DNA of 25,277 nt from a virus (taxonomy: Duplodnaviria > Caudoviricetes), in the IMG/VR virus record IMGVR_UViG_3300020042_000176, positions 1 through 25,277 of that record; one strand, given 5' to 3'. The position numbers and the translations under genes were made by a program. Every line of letters starts with the position of its first letter. Within the stretch, counting starts at the first letter, position 1. Below the pieces are notes generated by a model. It was not told where the DNA came from. It was given only the letters and a program-made list of their open reading frames with translations, and did no database searches. Below are positions 8,101 to 16,306 of this stretch, piece by piece.

Positions 8101-10095
8101 ATGCAAATACCTATGCCAACATTAGAGGAAATTACTGCATTTCTTGGAGTTCCTCCACCCGTTGAACCCGTCGAAGATGTTAAGCCTTCCAGCTACCTAA
8201 GCGAACTTAAAAGCAAGTTAACGCCTGCTCAATATGACGCGCTTATTGCGCCTTTGATGTACACAGCCAACGAAGCATTTGGCGGTAAAGTGCAAGATTA
8301 TCAAGCACAGTTGTTGATGCCGCTGGATACATCTAAGTTTAAAAATCTAAATATAAAAGACCTTTACGAACCAGACTATTCCGTAACTGACGACGACGGC
8401 ACTACTAGAAAAGTATCTGGACAGTTTAAGTCAGATACGGCTCCAGTAAGGGCGATGGAGTCAGATGAAGATACAGGGAAAGTAACCAAATGGCAGTCTT
8501 TAACACCCGTTGATGTTAACGGTGTTCCTGTATTTGTAAGCTACGATGCTAGCGGTAAACCTATAGGCTATGAAGGTGATCCAAGAACAACATCTTGGAT
8601 TAACGGTAAGCAACGAATTATTGGTAATTGGGATGCCGAGGGTATGCCTAAACCAATAACTTCAACAAGTAGCGGTGGTGGTTTACTAGGTTCAGGTTTT
8701 GGATGGACAAACATACGAGATGCCTTGCAAGCTGCTGCTGTTGTTGCTGGTAATTATATTGTTCCAGGGTCTTCTTTACTGACTTCTCAGCTAGTTACTA
8801 AAGGCGCAAAAGAAGACCTTAGTACGGATGTTGGTGTGGCTGCTAATATTGCTGCTGGTGTTTCTGGCGGTGTTGATGGAAACAGTATCTTTGGTAATAC
8901 TGCCAATTCTTCAATAAGCGCTGCTGATGTAGCTGCCGCCAATGCAACCGTAGACCCTATTGCTGCACTCAATGCTTCACAAGGATGGACTGCGGCAGAC
9001 GTTGCCTATTTAACTTCTATTGGTGTATCGCCAGAAGTAATTGCAGCAAATACGCCAGCGGTTAATCCTGTTGTTGTAAGTCCTGTTTCTTTAGATTTGC
9101 CAGTTGGAACAACTTTACCTCCTTTTAGTGATGTTTCTCCTTTGCCTGTTAATGGGTTTGAATTGCCAGTAGGAACACCACCTCCAACGCTTGATGAAGT
9201 AATGGCAGCACTTAACGAGCCTGTTGCCCCACCACCTGTTGTTGCGCCACCTGTTGTTACGGCTCCTGTTTCTAGCCCTGTCTATTCGCCTGAGTTGCCC
9301 GTTGGAACAGAGCTGCCACCTTTGCCAGAGCCAACACTAGACGACATAATTTCTGAGATTACTGCGCCGCCTGTAAGCAATCCGATCTATGACATTACAG
9401 AGCCGTTATTACCACCAGAAGTTATATCAAACCCCGTCTACGACATAATAGACCCCATCTACGACATAACAGAGCCTCCTGTAAGCAACCCTGTTTACGA
9501 CATAACAGAGCCTCCTGTAAGCAACCCTGTTTACGACTATGGTGAGCCATCAGTAAGCAACCCTGTTTATGATTACGGCGAGCCTGCGGTAAGTAACCCC
9601 GTCTACGACTATGGCGAACCTACGGTTAGCAATCCAGTTTATGACTACGGGGATGCAACGCCTACTGAGATAAATGCGGCTAAATCTGCAATGGTCTCAA
9701 GAGGCTTGTCATTTAAAGACGCTTTAGACTATGTTCGTGCAGGCTTCTTAATAAACGGTATTCTTGGCGACCCGCTAGATTTAACTGATACTCCTACTGG
9801 AGGTGGTGGCGGAGGTGGTACAACAGGCTTTGCAATCGTACCTGTGCCTACTGATTGGAGATCGCCTACCTATGCCGCGCCAGCAGCACCGATAGATATA
9901 AATTCGCTGTTTACAGACATGAATCTGTTAGGCAATACGCAATGGAAAGGCTTGGTAGACCAAAAGCCAAACATATCCTTTAATGATATATTTGCCGCAG
10001 GCCAGCAAAAGACTCCAATGGGGAGGCCTGTGAACATTAACCAGATCGTGAGCGCAATCCTTGGACAAAACACAGCAAGCCAAAAACCTGCTTAA
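8101..10095 (+). CDS. Hypothetical acidic Pro-rich protein with tandem SNPVYD repeats
   Basis: 664-aa ORF filling the gap between portal and the next gene; repeats visible at protein and DNA level. Confidence 0.85.
   Translation: MQIPMPTLEEITAFLGVPPPVEPVEDVKPSSYLSELKSKLTPAQYDALIAPLMYTANEAFGGKVQDYQAQLLMPLDTSKFKNLNIKDLYEPDYSVTDDDGTTRKVSGQFKSDTAPVRAMESDEDTGKVTKWQSLTPVDVNGVPVFVSYDASGKPIGYEGDPRTTSWINGKQRIIGNWDAEGMPKPITSTSSGGGLLGSGFGWTNIRDALQAAAVVAGNYIVPGSSLLTSQLVTKGAKEDLSTDVGVAANIAAGVSGGVDGNSIFGNTANSSISAADVAAANATVDPIAALNASQGWTAADVAYLTSIGVSPEVIAANTPAVNPVVVSPVSLDLPVGTTLPPFSDVSPLPVNGFELPVGTPPPTLDEVMAALNEPVAPPPVVAPPVVTAPVSSPVYSPELPVGTELPPLPEPTLDDIISEITAPPVSNPIYDITEPLLPPEVISNPVYDIIDPIYDITEPPVSNPVYDITEPPVSNPVYDYGEPSVSNPVYDYGEPAVSNPVYDYGEPTVSNPVYDYGDATPTEINAAKSAMVSRGLSFKDALDYVRAGFLINGILGDPLDLTDTPTGGGGGGGTTGFAIVPVPTDWRSPTYAAPAAPIDINSLFTDMNLLGNTQWKGLVDQKPNISFNDIFAAGQQKTPMGRPVNINQIVSAILGQNTASQKPA
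9370..9651 (+). repeat. 36-nt (12-aa) coding tandem repeat, consensus EPxVSNPVYD(IT/YG)
   Basis: Seven SNP(V/I)YD copies plus one DPIYD; 9460-9495 and 9496-9531 are identical. Confidence 0.95.
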
Positions 10096-10291
10096 CGACC
10101 AGTTTTTTATGGGCGAGATTGAAGCCCTAAAGGATGCAGAGTTAAGAACGATTGTAAATTCTCAGCCAAATCAAGTAGAAGAGCGAGAATTTGCATATAA
10201 TCGACTTAACGCATTACAATCTGTTATAACGCATTTTGAATCAATTGCCGCTACAAGCGAGATTGTCAAGAAGCGATGGAAGATTCTGTAA
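10061..10291 (+). CDS. Small head-module protein between portal and scaffold
   Basis: TTG start, helical 76 aa (AKNLLND.FF, EERE.AY); position typical of P22-like head modules. Confidence 0.7.
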   Translation: MDKTQQAKNLLNDQFFMGEIEALKDAELRTIVNSQPNQVEEREFAYNRLNALQSVITHFESIAATSEIVKKRWKIL

Positions 10292-10340
10292 CGTGAGTTA
10301 CCTGTGGCATCCAGTTGATGCTGACAATTTGGGTAAGTAA

Positions 10341-11288
10341 ATGAGCGAAAACACGACACCGCAAGGTAGTGGAACGCTGACGGTGGACACAGCCGCTTCA
10401 GCATTTTTGGGCATGATGGACGCAGCAGAAGCAGCCGATAACGGCCAAGCCGAACCTGAAGAAACTGAACAAGAATATGAGGCCGCAGATGAGCCAGAGT
10501 TGGTAGATTCTGAAGAAGCTGACGAACAGCCTAAACGCAAATATCGCATCAAAGCTGCAGGTGAGGAGCGTGAAGTAACTGAACAAGAGCTTATTGAGGG
10601 CTACCAATTAGGCGCAGATTACACCAAGAAGACCCAGAAGCTATCTGATGAACGTAAGTCGGTGGAAGCCGAACGTGCGAAGATTCAGGAAGCAAGCAAA
10701 TTAAGAGACCAGTACGCCCAACGCTTGCAGATGATGGAACAATTCCTGAATCAGCAAAATAGGGGTGAAAATCTGGAGGCTTTAAAGGAATTAGACCCAA
10801 TCGGATATGCCGTGAAGGTCGCTGAAATGTCTCAACGAGAGAAGCAGTTAGCAGTCCTGCAACAAGAACAGCAACGCATTGCCCAACAGCAACAAGCCGA
10901 GCAATCTGAGCGCCTGCAATACCATCTCGCCGAAGAAAGTCAGAAACTGTCATCAGTTATTCCAGGTTACGCAAACCCGAAAGAGGGCGATTCCATCCGC
11001 AAGGATATTAGGGAATATGCCAAATCAATCGGTTGGAGTGACCAAGAGCTTGCAGGGTTGTACGATTCTCGCGCTGTTTTGAGTCTGTATCATGGTATGA
11101 AGTACGCGAAACTTCAGAGCAATAAGCCTTCAATCACTAAGAAAGTGGAAGCGGCTCCGAAGATGTTGAAAGCGGGTACATCAATGCCACGAAGTTCAGA
11201 GGCAGAGCAGAACAAAAAACTTCATGCGAAGTTGCAACAAACGGGCAAAGTCCGTGACGCAGCTTTACTTTTTGAAAAATTTATCTAA
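10341..11288 (+). CDS. Capsid scaffolding protein
   Basis: Acidic N-terminus, EVTEQELIEGYQLGADYTKKTQ, long Q/E coiled coil, basic C-terminus; directly upstream of the capsid gene. Confidence 0.85.
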   Translation: MSENTTPQGSGTLTVDTAASAFLGMMDAAEAADNGQAEPEETEQEYEAADEPELVDSEEADEQPKRKYRIKAAGEEREVTEQELIEGYQLGADYTKKTQKLSDERKSVEAERAKIQEASKLRDQYAQRLQMMEQFLNQQNRGENLEALKELDPIGYAVKVAEMSQREKQLAVLQQEQQRIAQQQQAEQSERLQYHLAEESQKLSSVIPGYANPKEGDSIRKDIREYAKSIGWSDQELAGLYDSRAVLSLYHGMKYAKLQSNKPSITKKVEAAPKMLKAGTSMPRSSEAEQNKKLHAKLQQTGKVRDAALLFEKFI

Positions 11289-11297
11289 GGATTTATC

Positions 11298-12248
11298 ATG
11301 GCAACCTATCAAACCTACACCGCTGTTGGCCAGCGTGACGACCTCTCTGATGTTATTTATGACATCTCCCCAACTGACACCCCTGTGATGTCTACATTGG
11401 CTCGCGGCAAAGCAACTGCTGTTTACCACGAATGGCAAACTGACAGCTTGGCTGCTGCAACTACTGCAAACGCAGCGGTTGAAGGCGCTGACGCTTCTGA
11501 CGCAACTATGTCTCCAACTGTGCGTTTGGGCAACTACACCCAGATCGTGCAAAAGACAATCAAAATCTCTGGCACTTTGGATTCTGTGGACAAAGCTGGT
11601 CGCAAGTCTGAAAAGGCTTATCAGTTGTCTAAGGCTTCTGCTGAACTCAAGCGCGACATCGAAACTATCTTGTGTGCAAACCAAGGTCAGTCTGCTGGTA
11701 ACTCCACAACTGGTCGCACTATGGGCGGTTTGTTGTCTTGGATTAAGAGCAACACAAGCAAGTCTTCTGGCACTACCGCTGGTGTTGACCCAGTAACCAT
11801 CGGCGTTTCTACCCGTACTGACGGCACACAACGCGCTTTCACCGAGACAATTTTGAAGGACGTTATCCAGAAGGTTTATTCCTCTGGCGGCAATCCTAAA
11901 ATCTTGTTGGTTGGCCCGTTCCAGAAGCAAGCTGTGTCTGCCTTTGCTGGTATCGCTGCACAGCGTTACATGGCTCCTGCAAACGAACCTACTACTATCA
12001 TCGGCGCTGCAGACGTTTATATGAGCGATTTCGGTACAATTTCCACGGTTCCGTCAAGGTTTATGCGTACCCGTGACGCTTTGGTGCTTGATCCTGAATA
12101 CGCAGCAGTTTCCTACTTGCGCCCATTCGCCACAAACGAATTGGCAAAAGCTGGTGACGCAGAGAAAACACAAATTCTCGCTGAGTTGACATTGGAAATG
12201 CGTAACGAAGCTGCACACGGTATTGCTGCTGACTTGACCACTTCTTAA
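11298..12248 (+). CDS. Major capsid protein (DUF5309/SU10-like)
   Basis: RDDLSDVIYDISPTDTP, HEWQTDSL, NYTQI..K, ELKRDIE, YMSDFG, LAKAGDAEK, E.TLE.RNE.AHG; AAGGA RBS; followed by a terminator. Confidence 0.92.
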   Translation: MATYQTYTAVGQRDDLSDVIYDISPTDTPVMSTLARGKATAVYHEWQTDSLAAATTANAAVEGADASDATMSPTVRLGNYTQIVQKTIKISGTLDSVDKAGRKSEKAYQLSKASAELKRDIETILCANQGQSAGNSTTGRTMGGLLSWIKSNTSKSSGTTAGVDPVTIGVSTRTDGTQRAFTETILKDVIQKVYSSGGNPKILLVGPFQKQAVSAFAGIAAQRYMAPANEPTTIIGAADVYMSDFGTISTVPSRFMRTRDALVLDPEYAAVSYLRPFATNELAKAGDAEKTQILAELTLEMRNEAAHGIAADLTTS

Positions 12249-12255
12249 TCTAACT

Positions 12256-12280
12256 GGGGGGCTAATCACCCCCCTTTTTT
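12256..12280 (+). terminator. Rho-independent terminator after the capsid gene
   Basis: GGGGGG-ctaatca-CCCCC followed by T7. Confidence 0.85.
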
Positions 12281-12589
12281 ATGCGCCATATTTCATACAA
12301 AGACGGTAAAGAGTCTAATTTCCATGACATAGATGGGAATTATTTTATTGAGACTAAGCAAGACATTACTGGGATTATTGAAAGCAACAAAGCCCAATTC
12401 AACGCCATTGACGAAAGAGCCAAATGGGGTGAATGGACAAAGATTGCAAGCCTGCCCAATGCTGTCATTGACGACCTGAACAAACAGGGAATCATGCGAG
12501 GTTTTGCGGTTGCGGATGAAAAAAGGTTTCGAGCCTTCTTGAATAACCCTGATAATCGGTTCTTTAGAACTCGACCAGGCCAAGTATGA
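12281..12589 (+). CDS. Hypothetical protein downstream of the capsid gene
   Basis: 102 aa; QDITGIIE.NK, KIASLP, FLNNPDNRFFRT; GTATGA overlap with the next gene. Confidence 0.8.
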   Translation: MRHISYKDGKESNFHDIDGNYFIETKQDITGIIESNKAQFNAIDERAKWGEWTKIASLPNAVIDDLNKQGIMRGFAVADEKRFRAFLNNPDNRFFRTRPGQV

Positions 12590-13206
12590 AGGTTGCTATT
12601 TGCGTTCCATGCCGTGACACAGTAATGACGGGGTTTGCCTTTGACTTGGCAAAACTCTGCGCTTATGAAGGTGTGACGAGATGTGCCAAGGGCGGCTCGC
12701 TGATGATCTACCAAGTGCCTGGCACTTTGATCTTTAATCAACGTGAACGTCTGGCAGAGGAAGCCTTAAAGGATGGTGCTGACGCTATCCTGTGGGTTGA
12801 CTCTGATATGCGGTTTCCAAAGGATGCACTAGAGATTTTGCTATCGCGTGATCTCCCCATTGTGGGAGTAAACGCAACGACCCGCCGATTCCCTGTAAAG
12901 CCAACAGCGTTAGACATTGACCCCGAGACAAACGATCTGGTTAAGGTCAACAGCAAGGGTAAGACGGGTCTTGAGCAAGTTATGGGTGTTGGCTTTGGAA
13001 TGGTTCTGATTAAAAAAGAAGTGTTCTTAGCTGCACAAAAGCCTTGGTTTTGGTTTGAACAAACCGATAAAGGTGGGACAATAGGGGAAGATATTTATTT
13101 CTGTGCAAAGGCGTTTGACGTTGGTTATCAAACTGTGATTGACCACGATCTATCAATGCACATTAGACATATCGGCACTTATGAATATGGATGGGATGAC
13201 GCATGA
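12586..13206 (+). CDS. Glycosyltransferase, GT-A fold (GT2-like)
   Basis: VAICVP N-terminal strand, ILWVDSDM (DxD), GFGMVLIKKEVF, GEDIYFC, terminal HIG. Confidence 0.85.
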   Translation: MKVAICVPCRDTVMTGFAFDLAKLCAYEGVTRCAKGGSLMIYQVPGTLIFNQRERLAEEALKDGADAILWVDSDMRFPKDALEILLSRDLPIVGVNATTRRFPVKPTALDIDPETNDLVKVNSKGKTGLEQVMGVGFGMVLIKKEVFLAAQKPWFWFEQTDKGGTIGEDIYFCAKAFDVGYQTVIDHDLSMHIRHIGTYEYGWDDA

Positions 13207-13823
13207 GCTTGGCTACTTATTCAGACCTAAAGACTACGGTTGCTAATTACTTAGCCCGTACAGACTTAACGACACAAATCCCTGATTTCATTCGTTTTGC
13301 TGAGTTGCGTCTGCGCCGCGAGTTGCGTATTCGCCAGATGCTCAAGACCGTGACAACCACGACAACAGGTGGAAGCGCGACTGTGGCTTTGCCTTCAGAC
13401 TTTCTTGAGGCGCGAGACTTTTACGTTTCGACTAACCCTATTCAACCTTTGACGTATGCCAGCCCTGCGATCTTTAGCCGTAACACAAACACGACCCAAA
13501 GCGGCAAGCCTTTGAACTACACGATTTTGGCAAGTGAGTTTAAGTTGTCGCCTGTGCCTGATTCAAACTACACGCTTGAGATGCTGTACTTTGCTGCGCC
13601 TGTGTTTATGGATGACACAGTTTCAAGTAATGTCTTTATGGCCAATGCGCCTGATGCTTTGCTTTATGGTGCTTTGGTAGAAGCAGAGCCTTACCTAATG
13701 AATGATGCGCGAGTAAATACATGGGGTTCTTTGTATGACCGCGCTATCGCTACCCTGAGTAAGTCTGATGAATCTTCACAGTATTCAGGTGTTCCACTTT
13801 CAATGTCTTACGCTGTGAGGTAA
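13203..13823 (+). CDS. Head-tail adaptor protein (probable)
   Basis: TYSDLKTTVANYLARTDLT..IPDFI..AE, LPSDFLE, P.PDSNY, PDALLYGAL.EA.PYL; position between head and tail genes. Confidence 0.75.
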   Translation: MSLATYSDLKTTVANYLARTDLTTQIPDFIRFAELRLRRELRIRQMLKTVTTTTTGGSATVALPSDFLEARDFYVSTNPIQPLTYASPAIFSRNTNTTQSGKPLNYTILASEFKLSPVPDSNYTLEMLYFAAPVFMDDTVSSNVFMANAPDALLYGALVEAEPYLMNDARVNTWGSLYDRAIATLSKSDESSQYSGVPLSMSYAVR

Positions 13824-13825
13824 AT

Positions 13826-14212
13826 ATGGCCGAAATTAGTAACTATCTTGAGAACGCACTTGTAAACGCAACCCTGCGGAACACAACGTACACAAGCCCT
13901 ACCACCGTCTATTTGGCACTTTACACAACAGACCCAACAGATGCTGACTCTGGTACTGAATGTTCTGGTACTGCTTACGCTCGTCAGTCAATTACTTTTG
14001 GCGCTCCTTCTAATGGTGTAACCACAAACTCTGCGGCGATTGAATTTCCCCAAGCTGGTAATTCATGGGGAACGATTACGCACATTGGTATTCGTGACGC
14101 CTTAACAACTGGCAACCTCTTGTTTCACACGCCTTTGGATGCGTCTAAGACCATTGCAACTGGTGACGTTTTCCGTGTGGCCATTGGTTCATTGGGCGTC
14201 ACTTTAGCGTGA
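13826..14212 (+). CDS. Small beta-rich virion structural protein
   Basis: SNYLENAL, VYLALYTTDP, YARQSITF, WGTITHIGI, GNLLF; GTGAGG RBS. Confidence 0.7.
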   Translation: MAEISNYLENALVNATLRNTTYTSPTTVYLALYTTDPTDADSGTECSGTAYARQSITFGAPSNGVTTNSAAIEFPQAGNSWGTITHIGIRDALTTGNLLFHTPLDASKTIATGDVFRVAIGSLGVTLA

Positions 14213-14213
14213 T

Positions 14214-14864
14214 ATGGCTGATCTACTCCCCCCGTGGACGATAGACAGCCTTGACAATTTAAAGGCTAGTCTTGACGATTTAACCCTGTCTTTGGACAGC
14301 GCGTTATATACAACGTCAGTTACAAAGTGGGATGCTTACGGCTCAGTTAACACGACTACAAGTGTTTCTGCTGCTGGTTCAAAGGTTAATTTTGCTTCAG
14401 GCTCTATGTCTGCGGCTGCGACAATTACTGCCTTGGGTGGCTTGGTTGCAAATGCAGCGGCCAGCATAAATACAACAACGACAGTAAGCTCAGATTCAAT
14501 CAGGGTGCGTACCGCTGATGCGGCTGTGTCTACCGAAACAACTGTAACGGCTTTGGGCGGTTTGGTGGCTGGCGCTGATGCAAGTATGTCTGTGACTGCG
14601 GACGTTACGGCTAATGCGTTTGCGGTGTTTGACTTCACAGGCTCCGCAAATTGTGCGGCGATTGTCGTTTGCGATGGCCGTAGAAGTGGCGATAATTGGG
14701 GTGATGTGGCTGGTTCTGGGGACACTTGGACAGATGTTTCAGTTGGAGATAACACTTGGACACCAGTAAGCGCAGGCTCAAACACTTGGGATGATGTATC
14801 AATTGGTTCGAACGATTGGGCTGACAAATCAATAAATGACAACACTTGGCTGAGACAGGGTTAA
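14214..14864 (+). CDS. Fibre-like structural protein with 20-aa Ala/Thr/Ser repeats and 10-aa Trp repeats
   Basis: About six 20-aa units (for example TITALGGLVA, TVTALGGLVA), then six Trp residues spaced 10 aa apart (NTW-type repeat). Confidence 0.7.
   Translation: MADLLPPWTIDSLDNLKASLDDLTLSLDSALYTTSVTKWDAYGSVNTTTSVSAAGSKVNFASGSMSAAATITALGGLVANAAASINTTTTVSSDSIRVRTADAAVSTETTVTALGGLVAGADASMSVTADVTANAFAVFDFTGSANCAAIVVCDGRRSGDNWGDVAGSGDTWTDVSVGDNTWTPVSAGSNTWDDVSIGSNDWADKSINDNTWLRQG
14691..14850 (+). repeat. 30-nt coding repeat (acacttgg core; xxTWxDVSxG)
   Basis: DNWGDV, DTWTDV, NTWTPV, NTWDDV, NDWADK, NTWL at 10-aa period. Confidence 0.85.
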
Positions 14865-14866
14865 AC

Positions 14867-16306
14867 ATGGCAACGCAACGTATACCTTTTGGCGAATGGA
14901 TGCCAGACCAACCAGGCATAACTGGCTCATTGACTGACGCTAAGAATTGCGTTTCTCAGTCTTTTGGTTATGGCCCTTTCCCGCAGGCTGTGGCGTTCTC
15001 TGCTGCGGCTGCTGAAAACCTTACAAGTCTGTTTGCTGGTAAACAACCAGACGGAACAACCAAGCTGTTTGCCGCTGGCCGTACCAAGATTTACACCGTT
15101 TCAGGCGTTGGCGCTGTTACTCAGGTGAATACTGGCTACACAACAGCATCCACCGAGCGTTTCCGCTTCACCCAGTTTGGTGACGTTGTTATCGCTACTG
15201 ACAACTCATCAAAGTTGCAGGCATGGACATTAGGGACTTCTACGGCATTTGCTGACTTGGCTGCTGCTGCGCCTATTGCGAAATACATCACAGTTGTGCG
15301 CGACTTCGTGGTAACAGCGAATACCTATGAGAGCGCCAAACAAGAGCAATATCGGGTTCGTTGGTCAGGCATTAACGATGAAACCACTTGGACGCCTTCA
15401 GCCACTAACCAGGCCGACTTTCAAGACCTTGCCGATGGCGGTCAGATCATGGGCATCCGAGGCGGCGAATTTGGCTTAATCCTGCTAGAACGTGGCATAC
15501 AGCGAATGTCTTATATCGGTTCACCTCTGATATTCCAATTCGATAACATTAGCCGTAATAAAGGCTGTATGGTTTCAGGCTCAGTTGCTCAGTATCAAGG
15601 ACTGACGTTCTTTTTATCTGATGATGGCTTTTATGTTTGCGATGGCCAACAAGTTCTGCCAATTGGTTCTGAAAAGGTAGATCGTTGGTTCTTGGATGAC
15701 GTAAGTGAGGATGACTATCCATCTATGTCAGCGGCTGTTGACCCTGTTCGTAAGCTGATATTGTGGAACTACAAAAGCAAAAACGGTTCTCGCAAGCTGA
15801 TTATGTACAACTTCAACACAAAGAAGTGGACGTATGGAGATGCGGGTACTGACTTTATTTCAGACGCATCTAGCGCATCATCTACGCTTGAGGAATTGGA
15901 CAGCATTAGCGCATCCATTGACGCTTTGCAATCACCTTTAGATTCGATTCTTTTTATTGGTGGAAAGTATTTCCTTGGAGGCACTTTGGCCACAAAGGTT
16001 ATTACCTATACGGGTACACCGATGACAGCAAGAATCCAGACGGGTGACATTGAAGCTGGTGGGCAGTCTGTGGTTACCTTGGCTAGACCGCAAGTCGATC
16101 AAGGCTCTGCGACTGTGGCTGTGGCTTCGCGCCGACTGCTAAGTGAAGACGTAACCTTTAGCACCGCTGTTGCCGCAGATGACGACAACCGAGTGCCTTT
16201 GCGTGGTTCTGGCAAATATCACCGTATTGAGGTTAACCCTACGGGTGGCCGATGGAAGTCAGCAGTTGCGGTGGATGTTGACATTACCCCAATGGGAGTT
16301 CGCTGA
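14867..16306 (+). CDS. Tail nozzle / DNA stabilisation protein (P22 gp10-like)
   Basis: About 480-aa beta-rich protein; FGEWMPDQP, FTQFGD, RVRWSGIND, FFLSDDGFY, IGSEKVDRWF; ATG 14867 follows the upstream stop. Confidence 0.8.
   Translation: MATQRIPFGEWMPDQPGITGSLTDAKNCVSQSFGYGPFPQAVAFSAAAAENLTSLFAGKQPDGTTKLFAAGRTKIYTVSGVGAVTQVNTGYTTASTERFRFTQFGDVVIATDNSSKLQAWTLGTSTAFADLAAAAPIAKYITVVRDFVVTANTYESAKQEQYRVRWSGINDETTWTPSATNQADFQDLADGGQIMGIRGGEFGLILLERGIQRMSYIGSPLIFQFDNISRNKGCMVSGSVAQYQGLTFFLSDDGFYVCDGQQVLPIGSEKVDRWFLDDVSEDDYPSMSAAVDPVRKLILWNYKSKNGSRKLIMYNFNTKKWTYGDAGTDFISDASSASSTLEELDSISASIDALQSPLDSILFIGGKYFLGGTLATKVITYTGTPMTARIQTGDIEAGGQSVVTLARPQVDQGSATVAVASRRLLSEDVTFSTAVAADDDNRVPLRGSGKYHRIEVNPTGGRWKSAVAVDVDITPMGVR

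Noticed and set aside
8081-8112. attgaaatacc / atgcaaatacc similarity at the portal end as an insertion scar
   Set aside because: Too short and imperfect to distinguish from chance.
9370-9651. CRISPR-like array or DGR template/variable repeat
   Set aside because: Units are contiguous, in-frame coding repeats with no spacers; differences are mostly synonymous rather than adenine-specific; no cas or RT gene is present.
11265-11930. 221-aa minus-strand ORF
   Set aside because: Antisense shadow of the capsid gene, with no recognisable motifs.
14691-14850. Mini-CRISPR or operator array (acacttgg every 30 nt)
   Set aside because: Explained by the 10-aa Trp repeat of the encoded protein.
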